In this document: piece by piece, positions 25,195 through 33,348 of the stretch | Layout: every line of letters begins with the position of its first letter | How positions within the stretch are numbered: position 1 is the stretch's first letter | DNA from: Acidobacteriota bacterium | GTDB lineage: Bacteria; Acidobacteriota; Terriglobia; Bryobacterales; UBA6623 | Length of the DNA: 64,000 nucleotides | Assembly (NCBI GenBank): GCA_016125275.1 | Contig: WGMB01000002.1 | Coordinates: forward strand, 253,231-317,230 | Reading direction: 5' to 3' | Made by a program: the position numbers and the translations under genes | The notes under the pieces: generated by a model | Database searches by the model: none | What the model saw: only the letters and a program-made list of their open reading frames with translations | Told to the model about the DNA's origin: nothing

Positions 25195-25443
25195 ATGCCG
25201 ATGTATCGAGTCACGAGCGCGATCAAGCACCAGGGCAGGGTCTACGAGGAAGGCCAGGTGGTGGAGCTGCCGGCCGAGCTCGCGGCGCGGCTGCATGTGG
25301 AGCCGCTGCAGGAAGGGACGGCGACTCTGGGCCTTGGGCCGATCGGCCCCGCGGACGGCGGGCCGGCGCTGATCGGCGAGTCGATCGCCGGCGAGCCCGA
25401 GCCGGCTGCGAAGCCGGCCCGGAAGGGCCGCAAGGGGAAGTAA
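25195..25443 (+). CDS. Hypothetical head-associated protein, 82 aa
   Basis: ORF MPMYRVTSAIKHQGRVYEEGQVVELP... with a Lys-rich C-terminus. Confidence 0.45.
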   Translation: MPMYRVTSAIKHQGRVYEEGQVVELPAELAARLHVEPLQEGTATLGLGPIGPADGGPALIGESIAGEPEPAAKPARKGRKGK

Positions 25444-25447
25444 ATCC

Positions 25448-25885
25448 ATGGCTCTCTACGCCACGGTCGAGGACTTCGAGCAACGGCTGCCGGTTGTGCA
25501 GATCGTAGGTCTCTGCGACGGCGCGGCCCAGGGCAGCGCGGCCTATACGGAGCTGGTCACGCGGGCGCTGACGGCCGCGTCGGCCGAGGTCGACAGCTAC
25601 GCCGGCGCGCGCTACGCCCTGCCGCTGCAGTCGAGCGAGCGCCTCGAGCAGCTCACGCTCGACGTGGCCGTCTACTGGCTGCAGAAGCGCCGCAACATGG
25701 CGAGCGAGGCCGTGCGGACGCAGTACGAGGACGCCGTGCGCTTCTTGCGTGACCTGGCCGCCGGCAAGGCCGTGCTGGACCAGCCCTCCGGGGCGGACGC
25801 CCAGACCGTGGCGGGCGGCGGCGCGATCGGCAGCCGCGAGGATGCTGAGTACGTGTTTTCGAGCGAGGCGCTCAAGGGCTACTAG
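25448..25885 (+). CDS. Head-tail connector (Mu gp36 / DUF1320-like)
   Basis: MALYATVEDFEQRL...SAEVDSYAGARYALPL...DVAVYWL matches the DUF1320 layout by eye. Confidence 0.55.
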   Translation: MALYATVEDFEQRLPVVQIVGLCDGAAQGSAAYTELVTRALTAASAEVDSYAGARYALPLQSSERLEQLTLDVAVYWLQKRRNMASEAVRTQYEDAVRFLRDLAAGKAVLDQPSGADAQTVAGGGAIGSREDAEYVFSSEALKGY

Positions 25886-25888
25886 TCG

Positions 25889-26449
25889 ATGGCGGACGTA
25901 CGGATCAGCGTGGAGGACACCGGCGCGCGGCTCAGCTTGGGCCGCCGCGTGTCGTCGATCCAGCGCAAGGAGGTCCGGCACGCGGTCGGCGTCAAGACGC
26001 TCTCGAACATCGACGAGATCTTCGAGCAAGAGGGCTATCCGCCGCGCTCGTGGCGGCTGCTGAACGCGTCGACGCTGATCGAGCAGTTCACGCGCCGCGG
26101 GAAGTCGTCGACCACCAAGCGGGGCCGCCAGCGCAAGCCCTTCCTTCGCTTTGCCGCCGGCAAGAAGATCCTGACCGACACGGCGCGGCTGCGGCGGTCC
26201 ATCCAGTACCGGCTGGCCGGGTCGAATCGCGTGGAGGTCGGCACGTCGGTGATCTACGCGCGAATCCACCAGGAGGGAGGCACGATCGTGCCGCGGCGGG
26301 CGAAGGCGCTGCGCATCCCGCTAGGCGACGGCCGCGTGATCTTCCGCAAGTTCGTCAGGATTCCGGCGCGGCCGTTCCTGCTGTTCCGGCCGCAGGACCA
26401 AGCCTCGCTGGTGGAAGCCGCCGAGGCGGCGCTGGAGGCGTTCCGGTGA
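25889..26449 (+). CDS. Virion morphogenesis protein (Mu G / tail-completion-like)
   Basis: ...SWRLLNASTL...ILTDTARLRRSIQYRL...VEVGTSVIYARIHQEGG fits the phage virion morphogenesis family pattern. Confidence 0.55.
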   Translation: MADVRISVEDTGARLSLGRRVSSIQRKEVRHAVGVKTLSNIDEIFEQEGYPPRSWRLLNASTLIEQFTRRGKSSTTKRGRQRKPFLRFAAGKKILTDTARLRRSIQYRLAGSNRVEVGTSVIYARIHQEGGTIVPRRAKALRIPLGDGRVIFRKFVRIPARPFLLFRPQDQASLVEAAEAALEAFR

Positions 26450-26679
26450 GCCAGGTTGTGATTTCCGTGGAGCTGGCGCGGCGCACGCTGCTGGAGTCGC
26501 GGGCGCTGCTGGTGGGCGCCATGGGCTATGGCGACCGGATGAACGCCACGCTGCGGGCGCTGATCCGCAACGAGGTGGAGAGCTGGGGGCCGGAGGAGCT
26601 CGTGGCCGCCAAGCGCAAGCTGCGCGAGATGGAGAACCGCGAGATGGGCTGCTGCGGCTTCGACGAGGACGGGGAATAG
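26446..26679 (+). CDS. Hypothetical protein, 77 aa
   Basis: GTGA-coupled start at 26446. Protein-like helical sequence. Confidence 0.35.
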   Translation: MSQVVISVELARRTLLESRALLVGAMGYGDRMNATLRALIRNEVESWGPEELVAAKRKLREMENREMGCCGFDEDGE

Positions 26680-27105
26680 ATGACGAAGTCGGAACGGCTG
26701 GACGCGGTGGTGAGCCTGATCGAGGCGCTGAGCCTGGCGGGCGTGACGGTCAAGCCCTTGTCGTCGGCGTCGGTGACGGACGAAGGCGAGCTGCTGCTTA
26801 TACCGCCGGCGATCGCGGTGTACCTGGACGGCGCGGAGTACTCCACGGTGACCGCCGACGGCCGCTTGGCCGACGACCGCACGGCCGGGGCGATCTACAT
26901 CGTCGCCGAGGATTTCGCCGGCGGCGCCGAGCCGGCCAAGGCGGCCTATGCGCTGCTGGACCAGGTGGAGCATGCGCTGCAGGGTCGGCAGCTCAGCGAC
27001 CAGGAGCTGCTGACGATGGACGGCTGGACGACGGCGGCCGCCGCGGCCGGCAAGGTGGCGCTCGAGCTGCGGTTTACCGTACGCGGGCACTTGCAGAGGA
27101 GCTGA
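26680..27105 (+). CDS. Hypothetical connector/tail-proximal protein (Mu gp37-position), 141 aa
   Basis: Clean ORF. The assignment is positional only. Confidence 0.4.
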   Translation: MTKSERLDAVVSLIEALSLAGVTVKPLSSASVTDEGELLLIPPAIAVYLDGAEYSTVTADGRLADDRTAGAIYIVAEDFAGGAEPAKAAYALLDQVEHALQGRQLSDQELLTMDGWTTAAAAAGKVALELRFTVRGHLQRS

Positions 27106-27110
27106 AGACG

Positions 27111-27479
27111 ATGAAGCTGCAACTGAAGAAAGGGGCTCAGCCGGTACGGCATCGCCGGGCCGGGATCGAGCTGCACTTCGAGCCGGGCAAGCCGGTGGAC
27201 CTGCTCGTGGTGCTCGTGGAGCCGGCCTTCGAGGGCGCGCTCGCGGCCGCCGGGGGCGACCTGAAAAAGGCCGACCTGCGCGGCGTGGACGCCATTCTCA
27301 AGCGGGCTCCGGCGCTGTGCCGCGAGCTGCTCAAGAAGCTGCCCGTGGAGCTACTCGACGAGATGCCGGTGGAGCTGGGCCTCGAGGACGTGATCACGCT
27401 CGAGGCCGTTGAGCCGGAACGTCCGGCCCCGGCCAAGCCGGCGAAGGCCAAGGCCGCCAAGGAGGGAGAGGATGCCTGA
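27111..27479 (+). CDS. Hypothetical protein, 122 aa
   Basis: Clean ORF with a Lys/Ala/Pro-rich C-terminus. Confidence 0.4.
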   Translation: MKLQLKKGAQPVRHRRAGIELHFEPGKPVDLLVVLVEPAFEGALAAAGGDLKKADLRGVDAILKRAPALCRELLKKLPVELLDEMPVELGLEDVITLEAVEPERPAPAKPAKAKAAKEGEDA

Positions 27480-28482
27480 AAGGCAATGGCTGGATAACGT
27501 CGTGCTCGGCGTCAAGCAGGAGTCGGCTTACGGCACGGCGCTGGATTTCGCCGATCTGCTCTACCGCCTGAGCTACTCGGGCGAGAAGCGCGCCATCACC
27601 GGCGAGTACCGCAGCGATCGCGCCTACCTGGGCAAGGGCACCAACCACACGACGGTGGACCGCGAGGTGCGGCGCGACGCGCGCTGGACGCCGGAGTTCT
27701 TCCTCTCGACGCTGAGCGGCGGGCTGGCCGCCGGGCTGGTGCTGGGCGCGCTGGCCGAGTCCGGCTCGGGCCCGTACGTCTCGGTGTTTACCGAGCAGGA
27801 CGCGGCGTCGAGCGAGGACGCGATCTCGACGACGGTCTACACCGAGGACGGCGCCGCCAAGGGCCGGCTGCACGGCTGCTCGGCCTCGCAGGCGGCCTAC
27901 CGCTGGCGGCAGGGCGAAGACGCCACGGTGGCCCTGAGCCTGATCGGCTCCGGCGAAGAGACCGCCGGCGCGCACTCCTCGCTGCCCGACGTGACCGTGC
28001 CCAACACGATCATCGGCGCGAACGTGACCACGGAGATCGGCCCGCAGGGCGGCTCGTACACGGACTTCACGTCGAACGTCTTCGAGGGGTCCGTCACCTT
28101 GTCGCAGGTGATCGCCGAAGCGCTGGGGTACGGCGGCAACGGCCTGTACCGCACGCGGTCCTGGTTCTCGGAGTACCGCCACCGCTTCGACATTCGCTTG
28201 TTGAAGGACGGCTCGACCACGATCCGCGACTGGGCCCGCAACCGCACGATGCTGCAGGCGCGGTTCACCTTCACCCACAACGCGAACGAGAAGATCGTGA
28301 TTTTGTTTCCGGGCTGCAAGTTGCTGGAGCCGCGGACGGTCGCCGAACAGGGTTTTAATGCCCAAGACGTCAGCCCGGGCGACGACGGCGTGTTCGTCGA
28401 CGGCAACGGCACGCCCGACGAAGCGGTCGAGGTGACCGTGACGCATCCGGCCGACTACGGCTTTCTGGCGGTGGCAAGCTGA
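27472..28482 (+). CDS. Candidate major tail protein, 336 aa
   Basis: ATG at 27472 in ORF 27409..28482. The assignment is positional (after the connectors, before the chaperone-like genes and tape measure). No sheath or baseplate genes are present. Confidence 0.4.
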   Translation: MPERQWLDNVVLGVKQESAYGTALDFADLLYRLSYSGEKRAITGEYRSDRAYLGKGTNHTTVDREVRRDARWTPEFFLSTLSGGLAAGLVLGALAESGSGPYVSVFTEQDAASSEDAISTTVYTEDGAAKGRLHGCSASQAAYRWRQGEDATVALSLIGSGEETAGAHSSLPDVTVPNTIIGANVTTEIGPQGGSYTDFTSNVFEGSVTLSQVIAEALGYGGNGLYRTRSWFSEYRHRFDIRLLKDGSTTIRDWARNRTMLQARFTFTHNANEKIVILFPGCKLLEPRTVAEQGFNAQDVSPGDDGVFVDGNGTPDEAVEVTVTHPADYGFLAVAS

Positions 28483-28805
28483 TGCGGATCAAGTCGGGAG
28501 CTTCGGTGCGGGGGCTGCGGCCGGAGATCGTGCTGGCGCTGCTGGCCGCCGCGTCGGTGTGGCGCGAGCTCGGCGCGGCCGACCCGCCCACCGTTACCGC
28601 CGGCGTCGACGGCCGCCACTCGCGCGGGTCGCTGCACTATGCCGGCGCGGCCGTGGACCTGCGGCTGCCGCGCAACGTCGAAGCGGCCCAGGCGGCGCTG
28701 TCGCTCGAGGCCGCGCTGGGCGGCGTCGGCGGCGAGTACGACGTGGTGCTCGAGTCCGACCACATCCACGTCGAGTTTCAGCCCAAGGAGGCCGTGGATG
28801 CCTGA
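28482..28805 (+). CDS. Peptidase M15-like (Zn D-Ala-D-Ala carboxypeptidase fold) small protein, 107 aa
   Basis: SLHYAGAAVDLRL (H-x6-D) and SDHIHVEF (H-x-H) match the M15/hedgehog-type zinc site. Confidence 0.5.
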   Translation: MRIKSGASVRGLRPEIVLALLAAASVWRELGAADPPTVTAGVDGRHSRGSLHYAGAAVDLRLPRNVEAAQAALSLEAALGGVGGEYDVVLESDHIHVEFQPKEAVDA

Positions 28806-29466
28806 ACAATTTCCCCTCGACGCCAAAGAGCTGACGGCGACTCTGCGCGTGCGCGGCTGCGAAGTCCGGCACGTCTTTCAGCCCATCACGGCCTCCGACT
28901 GGATCGAGTACGAAAAGCTCTCGGCCGTGGTGAGCTGGCGCGACGACGCCGGTCTGATCCTCACCGACTCGATGGAGCCCCAGGCGGCCGCGGACCTGTG
29001 GCAGCGGCGCATCCTGCGCGTGGACCCTCCGGGCGAGCTTGCCGACTTGTCCGAAACGCCGCTCAAGCACCAGATCGCGGCGATCGCCGGGCTGAGCCAG
29101 GTCTTCGCGACCGGCGACGACCTGGTGACGGGCGGGCTGGTCAAGATCACGCTGGAGGCCGCCCGCAACGGCCAACGGTACGCGGGGCTCGAGCACTTCT
29201 TCCGGCGGCCCAGCATGCAGCAGTCGCTCGCCTATGAGCGGCTCTCCGCGCAGTGCCATGCGATCCGCTACGACGACGGCGTCCGGAAGTCGCTGGTCTT
29301 GTCACGGTTGCCGGAGCTGATCGAGCTGTACGACGCCCTGATCGAGGACGTCTGCGGCTACCAGTTCGGCGACCTGGGGGGCGCTCGTGTGATCGCCGAC
29401 CAGATGGACCCCATGCACAAGAAGCAGGCGGCGCTCGCCTTGTTCGGGGCCGGCCTGGGGGGATGA
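28798..29466 (+). CDS. Hypothetical tail-assembly-region protein, 222 aa
   Basis: ATG at 28798 in ORF 28639..29466. Positional assignment only. Confidence 0.45.
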   Translation: MPEQFPLDAKELTATLRVRGCEVRHVFQPITASDWIEYEKLSAVVSWRDDAGLILTDSMEPQAAADLWQRRILRVDPPGELADLSETPLKHQIAAIAGLSQVFATGDDLVTGGLVKITLEAARNGQRYAGLEHFFRRPSMQQSLAYERLSAQCHAIRYDDGVRKSLVLSRLPELIELYDALIEDVCGYQFGDLGGARVIADQMDPMHKKQAALALFGAGLGG

Positions 29467-29867
29467 CGGCCCAGACCCGTGTCTGCGACGCGGCGGAGCT
29501 GGGCAAGTGGTTGGAGCAGTGGATCGAGTGGCGGGCGACGGAGCCGACGAGCGATGAGCTGGACAAGATTCGAGACGAGCTGGGGGACGACGCGGTGCGG
29601 CGCAAGCTGCGCCAGCGACCGGCGCCGGACCTGCCGCTCGGCGTCGACGAGTGGTGCCGCCACCTCAGCCGCCTCGAGGAGCTGGCGAGCGCAGGCTGCC
29701 AGTTCGGCCTTGACGACCTCACGGCGGCTGAGTGGCGCGGGCGGTCGGCTTATCGCGCGGCGCGCGAACGCTTCTGGCGTCGCTACCGGCCCTGCCCGGG
29801 CTGCGAGCGGCCGATCTTGAGGATCGCGCGAGGGCACGACTGCGGATGGCGGAGCAGTGAGCAGTGA
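29463..29867 (+). CDS. Hypothetical tail-assembly-region protein, 134 aa
   Basis: ATGA-coupled. The C-terminus carries CPGCERP...HDCGW. Its last codons run into heptamer array 5. Confidence 0.45.
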   Translation: MTAQTRVCDAAELGKWLEQWIEWRATEPTSDELDKIRDELGDDAVRRKLRQRPAPDLPLGVDEWCRHLSRLEELASAGCQFGLDDLTAAEWRGRSAYRAARERFWRRYRPCPGCERPILRIARGHDCGWRSSEQ

Positions 29868-29889
29868 GCAGTGAGCGGTGAGCAGTTAG
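29855..29889 (+). repeat. Heptamer tandem array copy 5: CAGTGAG x3, CGGTGAG, CAGTTAG
   Basis: Read directly. Immediately followed by the GGAGG of the next gene. Confidence 0.9.
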
Positions 29890-29894
29890 GAGGG

Positions 29895-30179
29895 ATGACG
29901 GTGGAAGAGATCCAAGAGAAGAAAAGGCGGGGGTGGAAGCGCAAGCTGGGCGGCGGCCTGAAGGCTGCCGGCAAGGTGGCCGTGGCGCTGGGGGCCGGGG
30001 CCGGGCTGCCGGAGGTCGTGAACGCGGTGGGCGCGGCCATGGGCGCGCAGCAGCCGCCGGTGGAGCTGTCGAGCGACCCGCTCGAGGCGGCGCTGACGCG
30101 GCTGGCGATCGCCGTGGTGGCCGTGGTGATGGCGTTGCTCAAGCGGCCGCAGGATCACTTGCGCGAGGCCCGGGACTAA
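29895..30179 (+). CDS. Small membrane protein upstream of tape measure (start 29895 or GTG 29901)
   Basis: A basic N-terminus followed by hydrophobic segments (GKVAVALGAGAG..., LAIAVVAVVMALL). Confidence 0.4.
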   Translation: MTVEEIQEKKRRGWKRKLGGGLKAAGKVAVALGAGAGLPEVVNAVGAAMGAQQPPVELSSDPLEAALTRLAIAVVAVVMALLKRPQDHLREARD

Positions 30180-30184
30180 CGCGT

Positions 30185-32911
30185 ATGGCCGACCGCGTCC
30201 GCATCGTCATCGACGTCGAGGGAGAGGACCAAGCGCGCCGCGCCTTGCAGGGCGTGCAGTCCGAGCTGGCCGGCGTGCAGAAGGCCGCCGGCGCGGGTTC
30301 CGGCCCGGGCGCGGGCGCCAAGCTCTCCGCGCGGGAGCTGTTCCCCGAGCTCGGCGAGATGGAGGAGCGCCTGCACAAGATGCAGGACACGCTCCGCGAG
30401 ACGCCCAAGGCGGCGGGCGTGGCGGCGGACGGGTTGGCCGGGTTCAACGTGGCGGCGGGCGCGACGGCGGCCGCGGCGGTGGCTGCGGCGGCGGTGATCG
30501 GCGGGACTTTGACGAACGCCGTGCGGGCCTTCGGTGAGACCAAGGAAGGCAAGATCGCGCTCGACGACTTGGAGAAGTCGGCGCACCGGGTCTCCGATGC
30601 TTTCGGCCGACAGTTTGCGACAGAGGTTCGCCTCGGTGTCGACGTGCTCGACACCGTCGTCGACAAGGCCGGTAAGAGCACGGTCGGCATGGAGGCCCTG
30701 GCCAACGCAGTGCGCGGGATCGTGCCGGGGAACCTGGCCTATCTGGCGCGGGACCTCGGCAACGTTTACGCCTACCTGAAGGGGATCGACGACGAGACCG
30801 CGAACAAGGTCATCGGCGGGCAAGCCAAGAAAGCGCAGGATCGGGGCTTTGAAGGTTTGCAGGCGCAGGCCGAGCAGGACCGCCTGGCCGCGCTACGCCT
30901 GGCTGAGCGGCGGCAAACGGAGATCCGACAGCAGCAGATCGAGGAGGCGCGCCGCCAGGAGAGCCTGCGGCAATCGCTGGGCGACTTGGCCGCCGGCGAT
31001 GATCCCGAGCTGCGCCGGGCCTTCGCCAACGAACAGAGGCTGCGGCAGATCGCGCAACTGGTGGAGAACAACGCGGAAATCATGAAGGGCGCCGACGACG
31101 AGGTGACCCGACAGTTCGAGGCGAACCGCGAGAAGCAGGTGACGGCGGCCCAGGAGGCCATCGAGCGGATCCAGATCGCGAACCTGACGGGGGAAGAAAG
31201 GATTCGCGCTCAGGGGCAGGCGACCCTCGATCAGATCGCGCGGCTGGAGGATGGTAAAACCGAGCTGGCGGCGACGGCCGCGGCTGCGCGCGTCGAAGTG
31301 AACGCGAACACGGAGCGCGAGATTACCGAGTTTCGCGCGCGCCAGGAAGAAGAGCGCCAGCGGCTGACGGAACGGACGGAACGGGATCGGCTCCGCAGCT
31401 TCGAGCGCATCCAGCGCGAACAGCAGCGGGTCGAGGCTGCGGTCCTTGCCCTCGAGCGCGACGCCAGGTACGCAAGCCTCGATGTATTCGGGCGCATCGA
31501 GCAGAAGCGGCAAGACGACATCGCAAAGATCGAGAACGACAAGGACGCGTCCGCGTCGCAAGTCGAACGCGCCCGCCGCGCGGCCGCGATCACCGCGAGC
31601 GCCGATATCCGCGACGCGAATCAGCGCATCTTCGACGAGCAGCAGGCGCAGCTCGACCGCGGCTTGCAGGAGTGGGAGCTGTTCTGGGACCGCGTGTCGC
31701 GGTCGGCCAACTCCACGAAGGATTTCCTCGGCAATCTAGGCGACGAGATCGCCAACAACTTTCGGCGCACCGTGATTCGGATGGTCGGCTCGCTGGTCTT
31801 CGGACAGCAGCAGGCCGCCGGCGTGACGGGCGGCTATGGAGGGTACGGCGGCGGGGGCGGCGGCGTCTTCGGCGGGATTCTCGGAGCTCTGGGCGGCGGG
31901 ATCTTTGGTGGCGCGGCGGGCGTGGGCGGGTACGGCGGCGTGGGCGGGCTGGCGACGCCGCCCTTCGTGCTCAACGGATTCCCTGGCTCGACGCCTCCGT
32001 TCGTCGTCGGCGGCGGGATCGGAGCCGGCCGTGCGGGCTCGATCCCCGGGCTGGGCTACCCCTCGGCGGCGGGCGTTGGCGGCGGCCTGCTGCAGAACCC
32101 GGCCGCTGGGCTCGGCCTGTTGCTCGGCCTAACGGGGGGGACGCCGGGGTCGGCGGCTCTCCGCGCCACCATCGGCATCGCCGGCGGCACGGCGGCCTTT
32201 GGTGCGGCCGCGGGCGTCGCCGGCGGAATCGGCGCGCTCGGCGGCATCGGTACGGCTTTCCTGGGCCTCGCCACCAACCCGATCGGGCTGGCCGTGCTGG
32301 GCGGCGTGGTGGGCGTCTCGGCTCTGCTCGGCGCGCTGTCGAGGGGCGGCAAGAAGCGCCAGGCGGCCGGGGTGGCGAACGAAGGCTTCGCGGTGATCGA
32401 CGACACGGTCGACGCCTTCAAGCATCGCGAGGTGCGCTACGACCAGGCCGTGACGCAGATGGACCGCCAGTGGCAGTCCATGGTGGAGGCCTGGAACCGC
32501 ATCGGCGGCAGCGTGGGCCGCAACTCGATCCGGACGCAGGAGCCCTACTACGAGCAGCGCCTCGACGAGGTTGACCGCATCCAGGAGGAGCGCCTGCGGC
32601 GGCTGGATGCGATCGAGCAATCCCCCGTGCCGGCGTTTGCGCTGGGCGGGCTGGTGCCGGGCGCCGGGGCCGTGCCGGCCATCGTGCACGGCGGCGAGTA
32701 CGTGGTGCGGCGCGAGGCGGTGCAGCAGATCGGGCCGGCCGCGCTCGACAGCTTGAACCGAGGCGGCGGCATGGGAGGCGACGTGACGATCAACATCAAC
32801 ATCAACGGCGGCGACGCCGCGGGCCTGGCGCGCTACGTGCGCTCGGGCGAGCTCGAGAACGCCGTGGGCCGCGCGGTCCGCAACCTGCGCCGCGACGGGA
32901 GGCTGCGATGA
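30185..32911 (+). CDS. Tail tape-measure protein, 908 aa
   Basis: Long coiled-coil region, Gly-rich/hydrophobic central block (GGYGGYGGGGGG...). Size and position are typical. Confidence 0.8.
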   Translation: MADRVRIVIDVEGEDQARRALQGVQSELAGVQKAAGAGSGPGAGAKLSARELFPELGEMEERLHKMQDTLRETPKAAGVAADGLAGFNVAAGATAAAAVAAAAVIGGTLTNAVRAFGETKEGKIALDDLEKSAHRVSDAFGRQFATEVRLGVDVLDTVVDKAGKSTVGMEALANAVRGIVPGNLAYLARDLGNVYAYLKGIDDETANKVIGGQAKKAQDRGFEGLQAQAEQDRLAALRLAERRQTEIRQQQIEEARRQESLRQSLGDLAAGDDPELRRAFANEQRLRQIAQLVENNAEIMKGADDEVTRQFEANREKQVTAAQEAIERIQIANLTGEERIRAQGQATLDQIARLEDGKTELAATAAAARVEVNANTEREITEFRARQEEERQRLTERTERDRLRSFERIQREQQRVEAAVLALERDARYASLDVFGRIEQKRQDDIAKIENDKDASASQVERARRAAAITASADIRDANQRIFDEQQAQLDRGLQEWELFWDRVSRSANSTKDFLGNLGDEIANNFRRTVIRMVGSLVFGQQQAAGVTGGYGGYGGGGGGVFGGILGALGGGIFGGAAGVGGYGGVGGLATPPFVLNGFPGSTPPFVVGGGIGAGRAGSIPGLGYPSAAGVGGGLLQNPAAGLGLLLGLTGGTPGSAALRATIGIAGGTAAFGAAAGVAGGIGALGGIGTAFLGLATNPIGLAVLGGVVGVSALLGALSRGGKKRQAAGVANEGFAVIDDTVDAFKHREVRYDQAVTQMDRQWQSMVEAWNRIGGSVGRNSIRTQEPYYEQRLDEVDRIQEERLRRLDAIEQSPVPAFALGGLVPGAGAVPAIVHGGEYVVRREAVQQIGPAALDSLNRGGGMGGDVTINININGGDAAGLARYVRSGELENAVGRAVRNLRRDGRLR

Positions 32912-33348
32912 CGACGCTGCGTAACGCGCTGCCGGCGCTGCTGCTGCTGACTGCTGCGGCGGCCTGGGCCGGCAAGGTGCTGGACCACACCTTCCCGGCG
33001 ATGGCGACGACGGGGGCTTGCTCGGACACCCTGGCCGAATGCATCGCCTCGGGCGAGGTGCTGGACCTGGGCAAGCTCGACGTGGTGACGCTCGGCGTGC
33101 AGATCAATCCGACGGGCGACCCGACCGGCTGTGCGCTGGCGCTGGAGGGGAGCTTGGACGGCGAGAGCTGGATGGTGATGGGCTCCACGTCGGACTGCAC
33201 CGCGGACGCGCTGTGCGCCGGCGGCTCGGCCTGCCGCATGGTGGGCAGCGAGGCGCGCCTGGTGCGTTACGTGCGGCCGAACCCGACGACGCTGAGCGGC
33301 GGCACGACGCCGAGCCTCACGGTGATCCTGCGCGGGGTGACGCGATGA
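32908..33348 (+). CDS. Signal-peptide protein, 146 aa, Cys-rich beta-type
   Basis: MTTLRNALPALLLLTAAAAWA|GK. ATGA-coupled to the tape-measure stop. Confidence 0.55.
   Translation: MTTLRNALPALLLLTAAAAWAGKVLDHTFPAMATTGACSDTLAECIASGEVLDLGKLDVVTLGVQINPTGDPTGCALALEGSLDGESWMVMGSTSDCTADALCAGGSACRMVGSEARLVRYVRPNPTTLSGGTTPSLTVILRGVTR

Noticed and set aside
25100-25372. 90-aa ORF after the capsid gene.
   Set aside because: The translation is Arg/Cys/Ser-rich. It overlaps the more protein-like ORF 25195..25443 in another frame and starts right after the capsid hairpin.
28798-29867. Programmed -1 frameshift (G/GT-type) in the tail-chaperone-position genes.
   Set aside because: I found no slippery heptamer (XXXYYYZ-type, e.g. 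AAAAAAG or GGGAAAG) near the 3' end of 28798..29466. The two ORFs are joined by an ordinary ATGA overlap.
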